A stretch of 64,000 bases of DNA from Bacteroidales bacterium (lineage in GTDB: Bacteria; Bacteroidota; Bacteroidia; Bacteroidales; UBA7960). Below the pieces are notes generated by a model. The model saw only the letters and a list, made by a program, of their open reading frames with translations. It was not told the DNA's origin and ran no database searches. Shown here piece by piece: positions 44,198-54,235 of this stretch. A program made the position numbers and the translations under genes. The stretch covers positions 3,457-67,456 of the forward strand of contig PWON01000196.1 of assembly GCA_003557385.1 (NCBI GenBank), read 5' to 3'. The number at the start of each line of letters is the position of its first letter. Position 1 is the stretch's first letter.

Positions 44198-45355
44198 ATG
44201 CTGGCTATCCCAAAACATATCAAAGGAGACCGGACCATCTGGGTGGTGGTGTTCTTTTTATACATCGTTTCCATTCTTGCGGTTTACAGTTCCACAGGAA
44301 CCCTGGCCTACCGTTTCAGGGCCGGGAACACCGAATACTATCTGATCAAACATTTGGTCATCACTGCTTTTGGGCTTGGCTTGATGTTTCTGGCACATCA
44401 AATAAGGTACACCTATTATTCCAGAGTCTCGCAACTGGCACTGTTTGTGGCCATCCCCCTGCTGTTATTCACCCTGGTGAAGGGTACAAGCATTCATGAG
44501 GCCCAACGCTGGATCACGTTGCCCATTGTAAATCTCAGTTTCCAGAGTTCCGATTTTGCCAAACTGGCCCTCATCATGTATCTGGCCAGAATGCTGACCC
44601 GCAAGCAGAGAGTGATCAAAGACCTGCATCAATCATTCATTCCAATGGTGCTGCCTGTTGTGCTGGTTTGCGGCCTGATACTCCCGGCCAACTTCTCGAC
44701 CGCAGCCATTCTGTTTATCAGTTGCATTGTCCTGATGTTTATTGGCCGTGTCAAAACAGGTCATATCATGGCATTGACCGGGATAGCTATTGCCGGGGCA
44801 GCCATTTTTATAACCATATTGACTGTGATGCCGGAAAGTGGCAGGGTCCGCACCTGGCAAAGCAGGGTAAACACCTACCTTGACAAAGAAAACAGCGATA
44901 CATACCAGGCGGACCAGGCAAAAATTGCCATCGCCAGCGGAGGCATTGTCGGAAAACTTCCAGGCAACTCCACCCAGCGGAATTTCCTGCCACAGGCATA
45001 CTCCGACTTTATTTATGCCATCATCATAGAGGAATATGGTTTGACCGGAGGCTTCCTGATCTTGTTGTTTTACCTGATATTATTATACCGTGGGATCAGG
45101 ATTGCGCACAAAAGCCCCGGCACATACGGTGCATTGCTGGCCGTTGGATTGAGTTTCAGCCTTGTGTTCCAAGCCATTATTAACATGGCTGTGGCGGTAA
45201 ACCTATTGCCTGTTACCGGCCAGCCTTTGCCACTTGTTAGCATGGGGGGTACATCCCTTTGGTTTACAAGCCTGGCCATTGGCATTATTTTAAGTGTAAG
45301 CAGATCCATTGAACAAAAAGAAACGGTGCATGACAACACCTATACGAACGGATAG
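44198..45355 (+). CDS. ftsW: SEDS peptidoglycan polymerase FtsW
   Basis: AQRWI, FQSSDFAK, SDFIYAII-EE, PVTGQPLPLVSMGGTS. Confidence 0.95.
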   Translation: MLAIPKHIKGDRTIWVVVFFLYIVSILAVYSSTGTLAYRFRAGNTEYYLIKHLVITAFGLGLMFLAHQIRYTYYSRVSQLALFVAIPLLLFTLVKGTSIHEAQRWITLPIVNLSFQSSDFAKLALIMYLARMLTRKQRVIKDLHQSFIPMVLPVVLVCGLILPANFSTAAILFISCIVLMFIGRVKTGHIMALTGIAIAGAAIFITILTVMPESGRVRTWQSRVNTYLDKENSDTYQADQAKIAIASGGIVGKLPGNSTQRNFLPQAYSDFIYAIIIEEYGLTGGFLILLFYLILLYRGIRIAHKSPGTYGALLAVGLSFSLVFQAIINMAVAVNLLPVTGQPLPLVSMGGTSLWFTSLAIGIILSVSRSIEQKETVHDNTYTNG

Positions 45356-46457
45356 GCCGCTCAGGGCCATTATTGCCGGAGGAGGTACGGGAGGGCATGT
45401 CTTTCCGGCCATTGCCATTGCACTGGCCTTGAAGAAGAAGACAACTCATGCCCGGATTCTTTTTGTGGGGGCTAAAGGCCGTATGGAAATGCAAAAAGTA
45501 CCCAAGGCAGGATTTCATATCATCGGCTTGGATATAGCCGGGTTACAGCGCCGCTTCAGCTGGCAGAATTTTCTGTTGCCCTGGAAAATCGTTAAAAGCC
45601 TGGCAGGAGCAAGACAGATTGTCAGACGGTTTAAACCGGACATTGTGATTGGCGTGGGCGGATACGCCAGTGGGCCGGTGCTTTGGGCGGCTGCCAGACT
45701 AAAGATCCCCATCGTGATACAGGAACAGAATTCTTTTCCCGGAATCACCAACAGGATGTTTGGCAAAAAGGCTGACAAGATCTGTGTGGCCTATGAAGGA
45801 ATGGATAAATTTTTCCCAAAGCAGAAACTGTTCCTGACAGGTAACCCTGTAAGGAATGACGTGGTAAATACAGCAGGCAAAAAGAAAAAAGCACTGAAAC
45901 ATTTTGGCATGTCCTCCGAATATCCCGTGTTGTTCGTCACAGGTGGAAGCCTTGGTGCTCGAACCATCAACGAAAGTGTAAAAACCCACATCAATCTGCT
46001 GGCGAAAAAAAACATACAACTGATCTGGCAGACAGGGACCGCATTTTACCAGGAAGCCCTGGCATCGGTTCCGCGAAAGTCAAGGAACTTCAGGGCCCAT
46101 ATCAGTGCTTTCATAGACCGGATGGATTATGCTTATGCAGCCGCCGACCTGGTGGTAAGCCGTGCCGGTGCCATTGCCGTGTCGGAGATATGCACGGTGG
46201 GCAAACCTGCCATACTCATCCCCTCTCCGAATGTGGCCGAGGACCACCAAACAAAGAATGCCATGGCTTTGGTCAACCATCATGCGGCCGTTTTAATCAG
46301 GGATGATGAAGCACAAGAAAAACTCGGGCCGGAGGCAAGCCGGCTCATATTTGACGAAAATAAAAAACAACGCCTGAGGGAGAAAATAGCAGGCATGTCG
46401 TACCGGAATGCCGCGGAGGTGATTGCGGAAAGTGTTTTAGAGGTAATTAGTAGATAG
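45330..46457 (+). CDS. murG: Lipid II GlcNAc transferase
   Basis: GGGTGGH, GGYAS, EQN, GNPVR, GGSLGA, SRAGA, HQTKNA. Confidence 0.98.
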   Translation: MTTPIRTDRPLRAIIAGGGTGGHVFPAIAIALALKKKTTHARILFVGAKGRMEMQKVPKAGFHIIGLDIAGLQRRFSWQNFLLPWKIVKSLAGARQIVRRFKPDIVIGVGGYASGPVLWAAARLKIPIVIQEQNSFPGITNRMFGKKADKICVAYEGMDKFFPKQKLFLTGNPVRNDVVNTAGKKKKALKHFGMSSEYPVLFVTGGSLGARTINESVKTHINLLAKKNIQLIWQTGTAFYQEALASVPRKSRNFRAHISAFIDRMDYAYAAADLVVSRAGAIAVSEICTVGKPAILIPSPNVAEDHQTKNAMALVNHHAAVLIRDDEAQEKLGPEASRLIFDENKKQRLREKIAGMSYRNAAEVIAESVLEVISR

Positions 46458-46499
46458 TATTAAGTATTTAGTAATTAGTATTTGGTTTTTAGTAGTTAA
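46444..46499 (+). repeat. Degenerate 7-mer tandem array (consensus TAnnTAG), 8 units
   Basis: taattag tagatag tattaag tatttag taattag tatttgg tttttag tagttaa; contains the murG stop codon. Confidence 0.8.
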
Positions 46500-46517
46500 T
46501 TTTAACGAAAAATGTGC

Positions 46518-47882
46518 ATGAAGGGTATTGATCATATAACAAACATGTATTTCCTGGGGATCGGGGGCATCGGAATGAGTGCGCTTGCCCGGTATTTCTA
46601 TACCCGGGGGGTGCATGTGAGTGGTTATGACAAGACACCCTCGGCAATGACCCGTGCCCTTCAGTCGGAAGGCATCGTGGTAAGCCATTCGGACGACCCG
46701 GCCTGTCTTGCCTCAGAACCGGAACTGGTGGTTCGCACCCCAGCTGTGCCGACCAGTACAAAACTATACAGGCATTTTCAGAAACACGGGGTTCCCATGA
46801 TGAAACGGGCCGAAGTTCTGGGCAATCTGTCGGCATCCTTGCCTACCATTGCGATTGCAGGCACCCACGGCAAAACAACCATCAGTGCCATGCTCACACA
46901 TATCCTAAAAACCGCAGGCATCCCGTGCATCGCTTTCCTGGGAGGCATCAGCACCAATTACAACACCAACTATATCGGGGAACCCAACCCTCATTGGCTG
47001 GTGGCCGAAGCGGATGAGTACGACCGCTCATTTTTGCATTTATCGCCTCAGCTGGCGTTAATCACTGCCATCGACCCCGACCACCTGGATGTTTATGGCA
47101 ACAAAGAGGGCCTGCTGGAGTCCTTCTCGATTTTTGCAAAGCGCCTGCCTCCAGGAGGCACCCTGATCACCGGAAAAGGCATTGAGGGCATGATATTTCA
47201 TCAAGGCAAACAATTACAATATCATCCGGAAGCACCGGCCGACTACTACATGGGGAAGATCGCTGTGCACGAAGGGATTTATCATACAAGTTTCCATGGA
47301 AAACTGGAGATTGGACATGTGCGCAGCGGACATCCCGGCCGCCATAACCTGGAAAACGCATTGGCGGCAGCTGCACTGGCCCACCAGGCAGGTGTGCCGG
47401 CCTACGCCATAAAAAGTGCACTCAAAAGCTTCCGGGGTGTCAAACGCAGATTTGAAATATGCCTGCAAACAGAAGACACTATTTATATAGATGATTACGC
47501 CCACCATCCCGAAGAGATCAGCAGATGCATCGCTTCGGCCCGGGAGATGTGGCCCGGGAAAAAGATCACAGGTGTGTTTCAGCCGCACCTGTATTCCAGG
47601 ACCAAAGACCTTGCCGGAGATTTTGCAGAAAGCCTGGCACAACTGGACGAACTCATTTTACTCGACATATACCCTGCCCGCGAAACCCCGATTGAAGGGG
47701 TTGATGCCCATATGCTGCTCAAAAAAATCAACATGGACCATGCCGCCTATTGCCCGCGCAACGAACTGCTTGACCGGTTAAATGCAAGGGAAACGGAGGT
47801 TTTGATCAGCATGGGGGCAGGAGACATTGACCGTTTTGCCGAACCAATCACGCAACTGTTAAAAAACAAGGCGCTCAAATGA
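46518..47882 (+). CDS. murC: UDP-N-acetylmuramate--L-alanine ligase
   Basis: GIGGIGMS, GTHGKTT, EADE, DHLD, DDYAHHP, FQPHLYSRT. Confidence 0.97.
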   Translation: MKGIDHITNMYFLGIGGIGMSALARYFYTRGVHVSGYDKTPSAMTRALQSEGIVVSHSDDPACLASEPELVVRTPAVPTSTKLYRHFQKHGVPMMKRAEVLGNLSASLPTIAIAGTHGKTTISAMLTHILKTAGIPCIAFLGGISTNYNTNYIGEPNPHWLVAEADEYDRSFLHLSPQLALITAIDPDHLDVYGNKEGLLESFSIFAKRLPPGGTLITGKGIEGMIFHQGKQLQYHPEAPADYYMGKIAVHEGIYHTSFHGKLEIGHVRSGHPGRHNLENALAAAALAHQAGVPAYAIKSALKSFRGVKRRFEICLQTEDTIYIDDYAHHPEEISRCIASAREMWPGKKITGVFQPHLYSRTKDLAGDFAESLAQLDELILLDIYPARETPIEGVDAHMLLKKINMDHAAYCPRNELLDRLNARETEVLISMGAGDIDRFAEPITQLLKNKALK

Positions 47883-48661
47883 TTAAAAAGATCATATATG
47901 TGTTGCTTTCACTGGCATTGTTTGCCGGGCTGGTCCTGCTCCTTGGCTTTACAAGGGGAAACAATATGCAAAACCCCGTGCTTCAGATGGACATAAAGGT
48001 GCAGAGCCGGAGCGGAAACCATTTTATTGGCCCCGGGCATATCAGGGATCTGGTCATCGAGCATTTCGACACCCTTGAGGGCAGGCACCTGGACCCCGCA
48101 TTGCTGCGAGAGCTCCACGGCATTATAGTCAACATCGACCATATTGACCATGCAAAAGTTTATCGCACCATCAATGGGCAACTTAAGCTGGACATCACGC
48201 TGCGGGATCCAATGATACGGATCATTAACCGGGACAACCAAAGTTTTTACCTGGACACACATGGCAATATGTTTCCGCTCGCAAGCGGTTATTCCGCCAG
48301 GGTTTTGCTTGCAACCGGAAGCATCCCGGCTGCCTATTCACCAGGGCAACACATATTGTCGGCAACAGACGGGGAACCGGAGAAACAGGTTTTGCAGGGC
48401 CTGTTCAAACTGGCCACCTACATTTATGAGGATTCTTTCTGGAATGCTTTTATAGATCACATCATGGTTCTGCCAAACGGAAAGTTTGAACTGATCCCCA
48501 AAAACGGGGTGCACACAATCCAGTTCGGGGATGCCACATACATGGAATCCAAATTCGACAGGCTCCGTGCCTTCTATATTCATGGCTTGTCGACCCTGGG
48601 TTGGTACCAGTACAGCAGGATCAATGTGGAATTTAATCAACAAATCATTTGTTCAAAATAA
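47879..48661 (+). CDS. ftsQ: Cell division protein FtsQ/DivIB-like
   Basis: N-terminal TM anchor, POTRA-like region; between murC and ftsA. Confidence 0.82.
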   Translation: MIKKIIYVLLSLALFAGLVLLLGFTRGNNMQNPVLQMDIKVQSRSGNHFIGPGHIRDLVIEHFDTLEGRHLDPALLRELHGIIVNIDHIDHAKVYRTINGQLKLDITLRDPMIRIINRDNQSFYLDTHGNMFPLASGYSARVLLATGSIPAAYSPGQHILSATDGEPEKQVLQGLFKLATYIYEDSFWNAFIDHIMVLPNGKFELIPKNGVHTIQFGDATYMESKFDRLRAFYIHGLSTLGWYQYSRINVEFNQQIICSK

Positions 48662-48669
48662 TAAAGAAT

Positions 48670-49941
48670 ATGGAATCATCTGAAATCATTGTAGGATTGG
48701 ATATTGGCTCAACAAAGATCGCCTGCATCGTGGGACGCAGGAACGAATACGGGAAAGTGGAAATTCTGGGTCTTGGACGGGCGGACTCTTTGGGTGTGAA
48801 CAGGGTTGTGGTGGAAAACATCCAGCATACGGTCAATTCTATTGAAAAAGCTGTGTCTGAAGCAAGCCAAAACTCAGGAGTGGAAATCAAGGTCGTCAAT
48901 GTGGGTATCGCCGGACAACATGTCCGCAGTCTGCAGCACAGGGGGAATATCATGCGCAATAGCATTGAAGAAGAGATCTCTCAAAACGACATCGACAACC
49001 TTGTGGAAAACATGTACAAGCTGGCCTTGCCCCCCGGCGAAGACATCATTGATGTGATTCCGCAGGAATTCATTATCGACGGCCAGCAGGGGATCCGTGA
49101 ACCCATCGGCATGTCTGGCAATTGCCTGGAAGCCAATTTTCATATCATCACCGGAAAGGTTGCCGCGGCAAAAAACATAAAAAAATGTGTAACCAAAGCA
49201 GGCCTTGAGGCTTCAGATATGATCCTCGAACCCCTGGCCTCTTCAGAAGCAGTGCTCAGTGAACAGGAAAAAGAAGCCGGAGTGGTGCTGGTGGATATTG
49301 GCGGTGGTACGACCGATATGGCCATCTTCCAGGAAGAGATTATCCGCCATACGGCAGTAATCCCGTTGGGAGGGAATGTGATCACCGAAGACATCAAGGA
49401 AGGCTGTTCTATTATCAAGAACCAGGCCGAGGCCCTGAAAAAAAGTTTCGGCTCAGCGCTTGCCAGCGAAAACAAGGACGAAGAGATAGTCTCCATACCC
49501 GGATTAAAAGGGCGCGAACCAAAGGAAATTTCACTGAAGAACCTTGCGCATATCATCCAGGCACGCATGGAAGAGATCATCGAACATGTGTATTATGAAA
49601 TCAAGGCCTCGGGCTATGAAAAAAAGCTTATCGCCGGCATTGTCCTCACCGGGGGCGGCAGCCAGCTAAAACACGCAGCACAGCTTACCGAATTTATTAC
49701 CGGTATGGACACCCGCATCGGGTATCCCAACGAACACCTTGCCAAATCTCCTTCGGGAGAGGTGGGAAGTCCAATGCATGCAACCGGCGTGGGGTTGGTC
49801 ATCAAAGGGTTTCAAAAAACAGAATACAAGAAAATACAGCAAAAAAAATCACCAGGGAAAGCCAAACCGCCAAAGGATAGCTTTTTCGACAGGATATTCA
49901 TCAAAGGAAAGGAATTTTTTGAAAAAGATGCGGAAGCCTGA
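48670..49941 (+). CDS. ftsA: Cell division protein FtsA
   Basis: GLDIGSTKI, VDIGGGTTD, VLTGGGS. Confidence 0.98.
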   Translation: MESSEIIVGLDIGSTKIACIVGRRNEYGKVEILGLGRADSLGVNRVVVENIQHTVNSIEKAVSEASQNSGVEIKVVNVGIAGQHVRSLQHRGNIMRNSIEEEISQNDIDNLVENMYKLALPPGEDIIDVIPQEFIIDGQQGIREPIGMSGNCLEANFHIITGKVAAAKNIKKCVTKAGLEASDMILEPLASSEAVLSEQEKEAGVVLVDIGGGTTDMAIFQEEIIRHTAVIPLGGNVITEDIKEGCSIIKNQAEALKKSFGSALASENKDEEIVSIPGLKGREPKEISLKNLAHIIQARMEEIIEHVYYEIKASGYEKKLIAGIVLTGGGSQLKHAAQLTEFITGMDTRIGYPNEHLAKSPSGEVGSPMHATGVGLVIKGFQKTEYKKIQQKKSPGKAKPPKDSFFDRIFIKGKEFFEKDAEA

Positions 49942-49973
49942 AAAAAAAAGAAAAACATATACCAGAAAATTTT

Positions 49974-51512
49974 ATGACTATGACCAAAGACATGATTAAA
50001 TTCGATTTGCCAAAAAACCAGAGCTCAATCATCAAGGTGATTGGTGTTGGCGGCGGAGGCTCCAATGCAGTAAACCATATGTTCCGCCAGGGCATTGAGG
50101 GGGTGGACTTCTATGTTTGCAATACCGATGCCCAGGCGTTGGATCAAAGCCCCGTCCCGAACAAAATCCAATTGGGTGTCAGCCTGACAGAAGGAAGGGG
50201 TGCGGGCAGCATACCGGAAGTGGGCCGCAACGCTGCCATTGAAGACCTGGACCGTATCAAGGATGCCCTGGGCAACAGCACAAAAATGTTGTTCATCACT
50301 GCCGGAATGGGTGGGGGAACCGGAACAGGTGCTGCACCCGTTATAGCAAAAGCATCCAAAGAGATGGGAATCCTGACCGTGGCCATTGTCACCATCCCTT
50401 TCTCTTTTGAGGGACGCAAACGGCGGCAACAAGCAGAGTCCGGGATCAGGGAACTCTCTGAAGGAGTAGACACCCTGTTGATCATTTGCAATGACAGGTT
50501 GCGCGAACTCTACGGCAACCTCAGTGTAAGTGAAGCTTTTGCCAAAGCCGACAACGTTCTTACCACCGGAGCCAAAGGCATTGCCGAAATCATTACCCTG
50601 ACCGGCAACATCAATGTTGACTTCGCTGATGTCCGCACCGTGATGTCGGGCAGCGGTGTGGCCATCATGGGCAGCGGAACCGCCGAAGGAGAAAACCGGG
50701 CCATTCAGGCCGTTGAAACCGCATTGGCATCGCCGCTTTTGAATGACAACCAGATCACCGGCGCCAAGAATATTCTGCTGAATATTACAAGTGGCGCTGA
50801 GGAGGTCCTGATGGACGAAATAAGCGAGATCACCGATTACATCCAGGACGAAGCCGGATTAACCGCAGAGATCATATGGGGTCTGGGAAAAGATGAATCC
50901 CTGGAAGCAAAGATCTGCGTGACGCTTGTGGCTACAGGTTTTGGATCCGGTGAAGCAATTGAAACAGACAGGAAAAAGGAGAACAAAAAGGTAATGCCCC
51001 TGGAGGAAGCGGAAAAAGAAGACACCAAACAGCAGGTGATCGAATGGGATGGGCCGTTTGATGAGGACCCGCCTGAAGCGGAGCAAAAAATGACCCTGAA
51101 AATAAAACCGGCAAAAGACCCTGAAGGCCGCCGCAACCTGAAAACCCAGAAAACCGGGACCAATACGGTTATTGAACAAAAGCTTGAACAGTTTAAAAAC
51201 CAACTCGCCAGCCGCAAAACCACTGCACCTGACTTAACGCCCGCTGATAGCAGCCAAATTTCACACGGGGATCTGCACCTGCGCATCAAGGAGAGGGAAG
51301 AGCGTCTGAAACATCTCAGCATCCAGATAAAAACCCCGGAAGGATTGGCTGACCTGGAAAACCAACCGGCCTATATCAGAAGGAAAGTGAACCTAAACCC
51401 GGTGCCTGCCAGTCACGAGTCAAATGTTTCACGCTTTACACTCAATGAGTCGGAAGACAAAAAATCACAAATCAAATCGAATAATTCTTTTTTGCACGAC
51501 AATGTAGATTGA
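49974..51512 (+). CDS. ftsZ: Cell division protein FtsZ
   Basis: GGGTGTG, NVDFADV, long linker, Bacteroidota-type C-terminus NSFLHDNVD. Confidence 0.99.
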   Translation: MTMTKDMIKFDLPKNQSSIIKVIGVGGGGSNAVNHMFRQGIEGVDFYVCNTDAQALDQSPVPNKIQLGVSLTEGRGAGSIPEVGRNAAIEDLDRIKDALGNSTKMLFITAGMGGGTGTGAAPVIAKASKEMGILTVAIVTIPFSFEGRKRRQQAESGIRELSEGVDTLLIICNDRLRELYGNLSVSEAFAKADNVLTTGAKGIAEIITLTGNINVDFADVRTVMSGSGVAIMGSGTAEGENRAIQAVETALASPLLNDNQITGAKNILLNITSGAEEVLMDEISEITDYIQDEAGLTAEIIWGLGKDESLEAKICVTLVATGFGSGEAIETDRKKENKKVMPLEEAEKEDTKQQVIEWDGPFDEDPPEAEQKMTLKIKPAKDPEGRRNLKTQKTGTNTVIEQKLEQFKNQLASRKTTAPDLTPADSSQISHGDLHLRIKEREERLKHLSIQIKTPEGLADLENQPAYIRRKVNLNPVPASHESNVSRFTLNESEDKKSQIKSNNSFLHDNVD

Positions 51513-51618
51513 ATATTGCCAGCAAATTCACATTAAACACATTGAAGCAGGCAAACAATACAAAAACTTTAACAGTTGGCTTTAATTTATTACTTTTGTC
51601 CCGGAAAGATTACTGCAC

Positions 51619-52101
51619 ATGTTTATCAGACAAACCATGAAATTTTCGGGAAATTACCTGTATCTGTCTGGCCTGCTTGCCCTTGTCATGGCGTTCACAG
51701 CCTGTGACACGGATGACCCCGAGGCCAGGGCCGCAAAAGACAGGAAAAAGATCCTTGACTACATAGAGGAGCACAACCTGGACGCTTACGAGGTTGAAGG
51801 AGGGGTCTTTATTGTGATCGAGGTGGAGGGGAGCGGATCGCACCCCCACGAAGGAAGTACGGTAAGAATGAACTATCAGGGGTACCTGCTTGATGACACC
51901 CTGTTTGATTCAGCCAACAATGCAAATATCTATCTTCCCAATACCGTGAGGGGGTTCAGGATAGGGGTGATGGAGTTCCGCCGCGGCGGCAAGGGGATGA
52001 TTCTGATCCCTTCGGGCATGGGTTATGGCGAAACCGGCACCGCAAGCATCCCCCGAAACGCTGTACTGATTTTCCATGTTGAGATCATAGACTTTTATTA
52101 A
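51619..52101 (+). CDS. FKBP-type peptidyl-prolyl isomerase, lipoprotein
   Basis: Lipobox FTAC, YQGYL..FDS, IPSGMGYG, IPRNAVLIF; TACTTTTG at 51591. Confidence 0.9.
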   Translation: MFIRQTMKFSGNYLYLSGLLALVMAFTACDTDDPEARAAKDRKKILDYIEEHNLDAYEVEGGVFIVIEVEGSGSHPHEGSTVRMNYQGYLLDDTLFDSANNANIYLPNTVRGFRIGVMEFRRGGKGMILIPSGMGYGETGTASIPRNAVLIFHVEIIDFY

Positions 52102-52121
52102 ACCATTCTATCATTTGAGCC

Positions 52122-52409
52122 ATGGCAAGCAAAAAGAACCTTAAAAAAGACATCAATTACCTTGTTGATGAAGTGATTGGAACATGCATGATGCATGAGG
52201 CACTTAATCAGAAAAAAACCGGGGATCAGATGGATAAGATCATCCTGGACATGATGGAATTCAGAGAAAAAATGCTGGATAAGGTAAACAATCCGAACAT
52301 TGAAGGGGACGAAAAAAAGGCCCTGAAAAAATATTACAAGGACTTATACACCGAATTGCTTGATAAGGTAAACGGCGTATTTGAAAAACTAGAAGTCACC
52401 ACAGAATGA
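52122..52409 (+). CDS. Small helical hypothetical protein
   Basis: 95-aa ORF starting MASKKNLKKDINY, amphipathic helices, followed by a terminator. Confidence 0.75.
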   Translation: MASKKNLKKDINYLVDEVIGTCMMHEALNQKKTGDQMDKIILDMMEFREKMLDKVNNPNIEGDEKKALKKYYKDLYTELLDKVNGVFEKLEVTTE

Positions 52410-52433
52410 GGTGAAGCCCTGTTTGGCGGTATG

Positions 52434-52455
52434 AAGGCGCAAAAGCGCCTTTTTT
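52434..52455 (+). terminator. Intrinsic terminator
   Basis: AAGGCGC-AAAA-GCGCCTT followed by TTTT. Confidence 0.75.
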
Positions 52456-52496
52456 AGTACATACAGGATCGACACAACGGAGTAAAACAGGCCATC

Positions 52497-53297
52497 ATGA
52501 GAAACAAAAAAAGGGCCCCCTCAAAAAGTTTTGGCCAAAAACCCAGGCCACGGTCAAGGGGTTTGCGGAAAACCCAGGATACGGAACCCCAGATAAGACT
52601 GAACAAGTATATAGCCAATGCGGGCATATGTTCCAGGCGCGAGGCCGATGTGCTGATCAGGAAGGGAGCCATCAGGGTAAACGGACAAGTCGTCACAGAA
52701 CTTGGCACAAAGGTAATGCCCGGCGACAAGGTCACATATGGGGAGAAAACACTCAATCATGAGAAAAAAATCTATGTGCTGCTAAATAAACCCAAAGACT
52801 ATATCAGCACCGTTGATGACCCCCGGGAACGAAAAACTGTCCTGGACCTGCTTGGAAAAACATTCAAAGAACGCCTGTATCCTGTTGGCCGCCTCGACAG
52901 GAACACCACGGGGGTTTTGCTGCTGACAAACGACGGGAATCTGACCAAACGGCTGACTCATCCATCGCACCGGGTAAAAAAAATGTATCATGTGCATCTC
53001 GACAAAGCCCTGAAAAAGGGTGACATGCTCCGCATCGCCCAGGGATTGGAGCTCGGTGGAGAAAAGGTGATCCCGGACCAGATTGCCTATGCCAACCCTG
53101 ACAACAAAAAAGAAGCAGGCATCGAACTGCATTCAGGGCAAAACAGGATCGTTCGCAGGGTCTTTTAACACCTCGGCTATAAAGTGACGAAACTCGACCG
53201 TGTCATGTTTTCGGGCCTGACGAAAAAAAACCTGCCCCGTGGCAAATGGAGGCAGCTATCTGAAAAAGAGGTCAATATCCTTCAACTTATTTCCTGA
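52497..53297 (+). pseudogene. RsuA-family (RluB/RluF-like) pseudouridine synthase interrupted by in-frame TAA at 53166-53168
   Basis: S4 domain RLNKYIA..CSRREAD and GRLD; after the stop the same frame continues HLGYKVTKLDRVMFSGLTKKNLPRGKWRQL to TGA at 53297. Confidence 0.8.
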
Positions 53298-53303
53298 CCG
53301 GGC

Positions 53304-54167
53304 ATGATTGCATTTCCACATGCCAAGATCAACCTGGGCCTGCATGTAGTCAAGCGAAGACAGGACGGATACCATGAGGTGGAAACTGTATTGGTTCCGG
53401 TAGGCCTCTGGGATATTCTGGAAGTGATCCCCGCTCCGGATGGCACAACCCGTATGCATGCCACCGGCCTGGAAATCCCCCCGGATGGCAAGCCCAATCT
53501 TTGTCTGCGTGCGTATGCATTGCTTTGCGAGGAAATGACCGGAACCGGGGCCGGCCATAAAAAACAACCATTGCCGCCGGTACACATACACCTGCACAAA
53601 AACATCCCGCCCGGTTCGGGCCTTGGCGGCGGCAGTTCCGACGCGGCCTTTACCCTTGGGCTACTGAATAAGGTCTTTGACCTGAAAATATCCCCTGAAC
53701 GGCTTGCAGGACTGGCTGCCCGCCTCGGCAGCGATTGCACATTCTTTTTACAAGACAAAACCATGCTGGCCACCGGCCGGGGAGAAATACTCCGGCCCCT
53801 GCCACCATTGTCCCTTAAGCCATACTCCATTGTGATCGTTGTGCCACCCGTTCACATTGATACAGGCAAGGCCTATGCGCAGATTTCCCAAAAGTATCCT
53901 TCAGTTTCCCTGCGCAAAGCCATCAGGAGGCCGTTAAAAGAATGGGGCCAGGCTGTGACAAATGACTTTGAATCGGTCGTCTGCAAAAAACATCCCAGGA
54001 TTGCTAAAATCAAAAGCACTCTGATCCGGGCGGGTGCCCATTACGCATCCCTAAGTGGCAGCGGTTCGGCCATTTACGGCTTATACCATGCGCCTCCCCC
54101 CGTACGCGAACTGAAGGCACTTTTCCCCGACTGCATGGTGTTTTGTGCCGAAACAGCTTTTTCCTAA
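53304..54167 (+). CDS. ispE: 4-diphosphocytidyl-2-C-methyl-D-erythritol kinase
   Basis: AKINLGL, GSGLGGGSSDAA, LGSD, NDFE, SGSGS. Confidence 0.96.
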   Translation: MIAFPHAKINLGLHVVKRRQDGYHEVETVLVPVGLWDILEVIPAPDGTTRMHATGLEIPPDGKPNLCLRAYALLCEEMTGTGAGHKKQPLPPVHIHLHKNIPPGSGLGGGSSDAAFTLGLLNKVFDLKISPERLAGLAARLGSDCTFFLQDKTMLATGRGEILRPLPPLSLKPYSIVIVVPPVHIDTGKAYAQISQKYPSVSLRKAIRRPLKEWGQAVTNDFESVVCKKHPRIAKIKSTLIRAGAHYASLSGSGSAIYGLYHAPPPVRELKALFPDCMVFCAETAFS

Positions 54168-54235
54168 AAATCATTATTTTTGTGGGCATCACAATGCCAT
54201 AGTAGACCTGAATTACACACCAAAACCCATATGCC

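Noticed and set aside
36955-51512. Absence of murF, murB and ddl from the dcw cluster; long FtsZ linker
   Set aside because: Both are usual in Bacteroidota.
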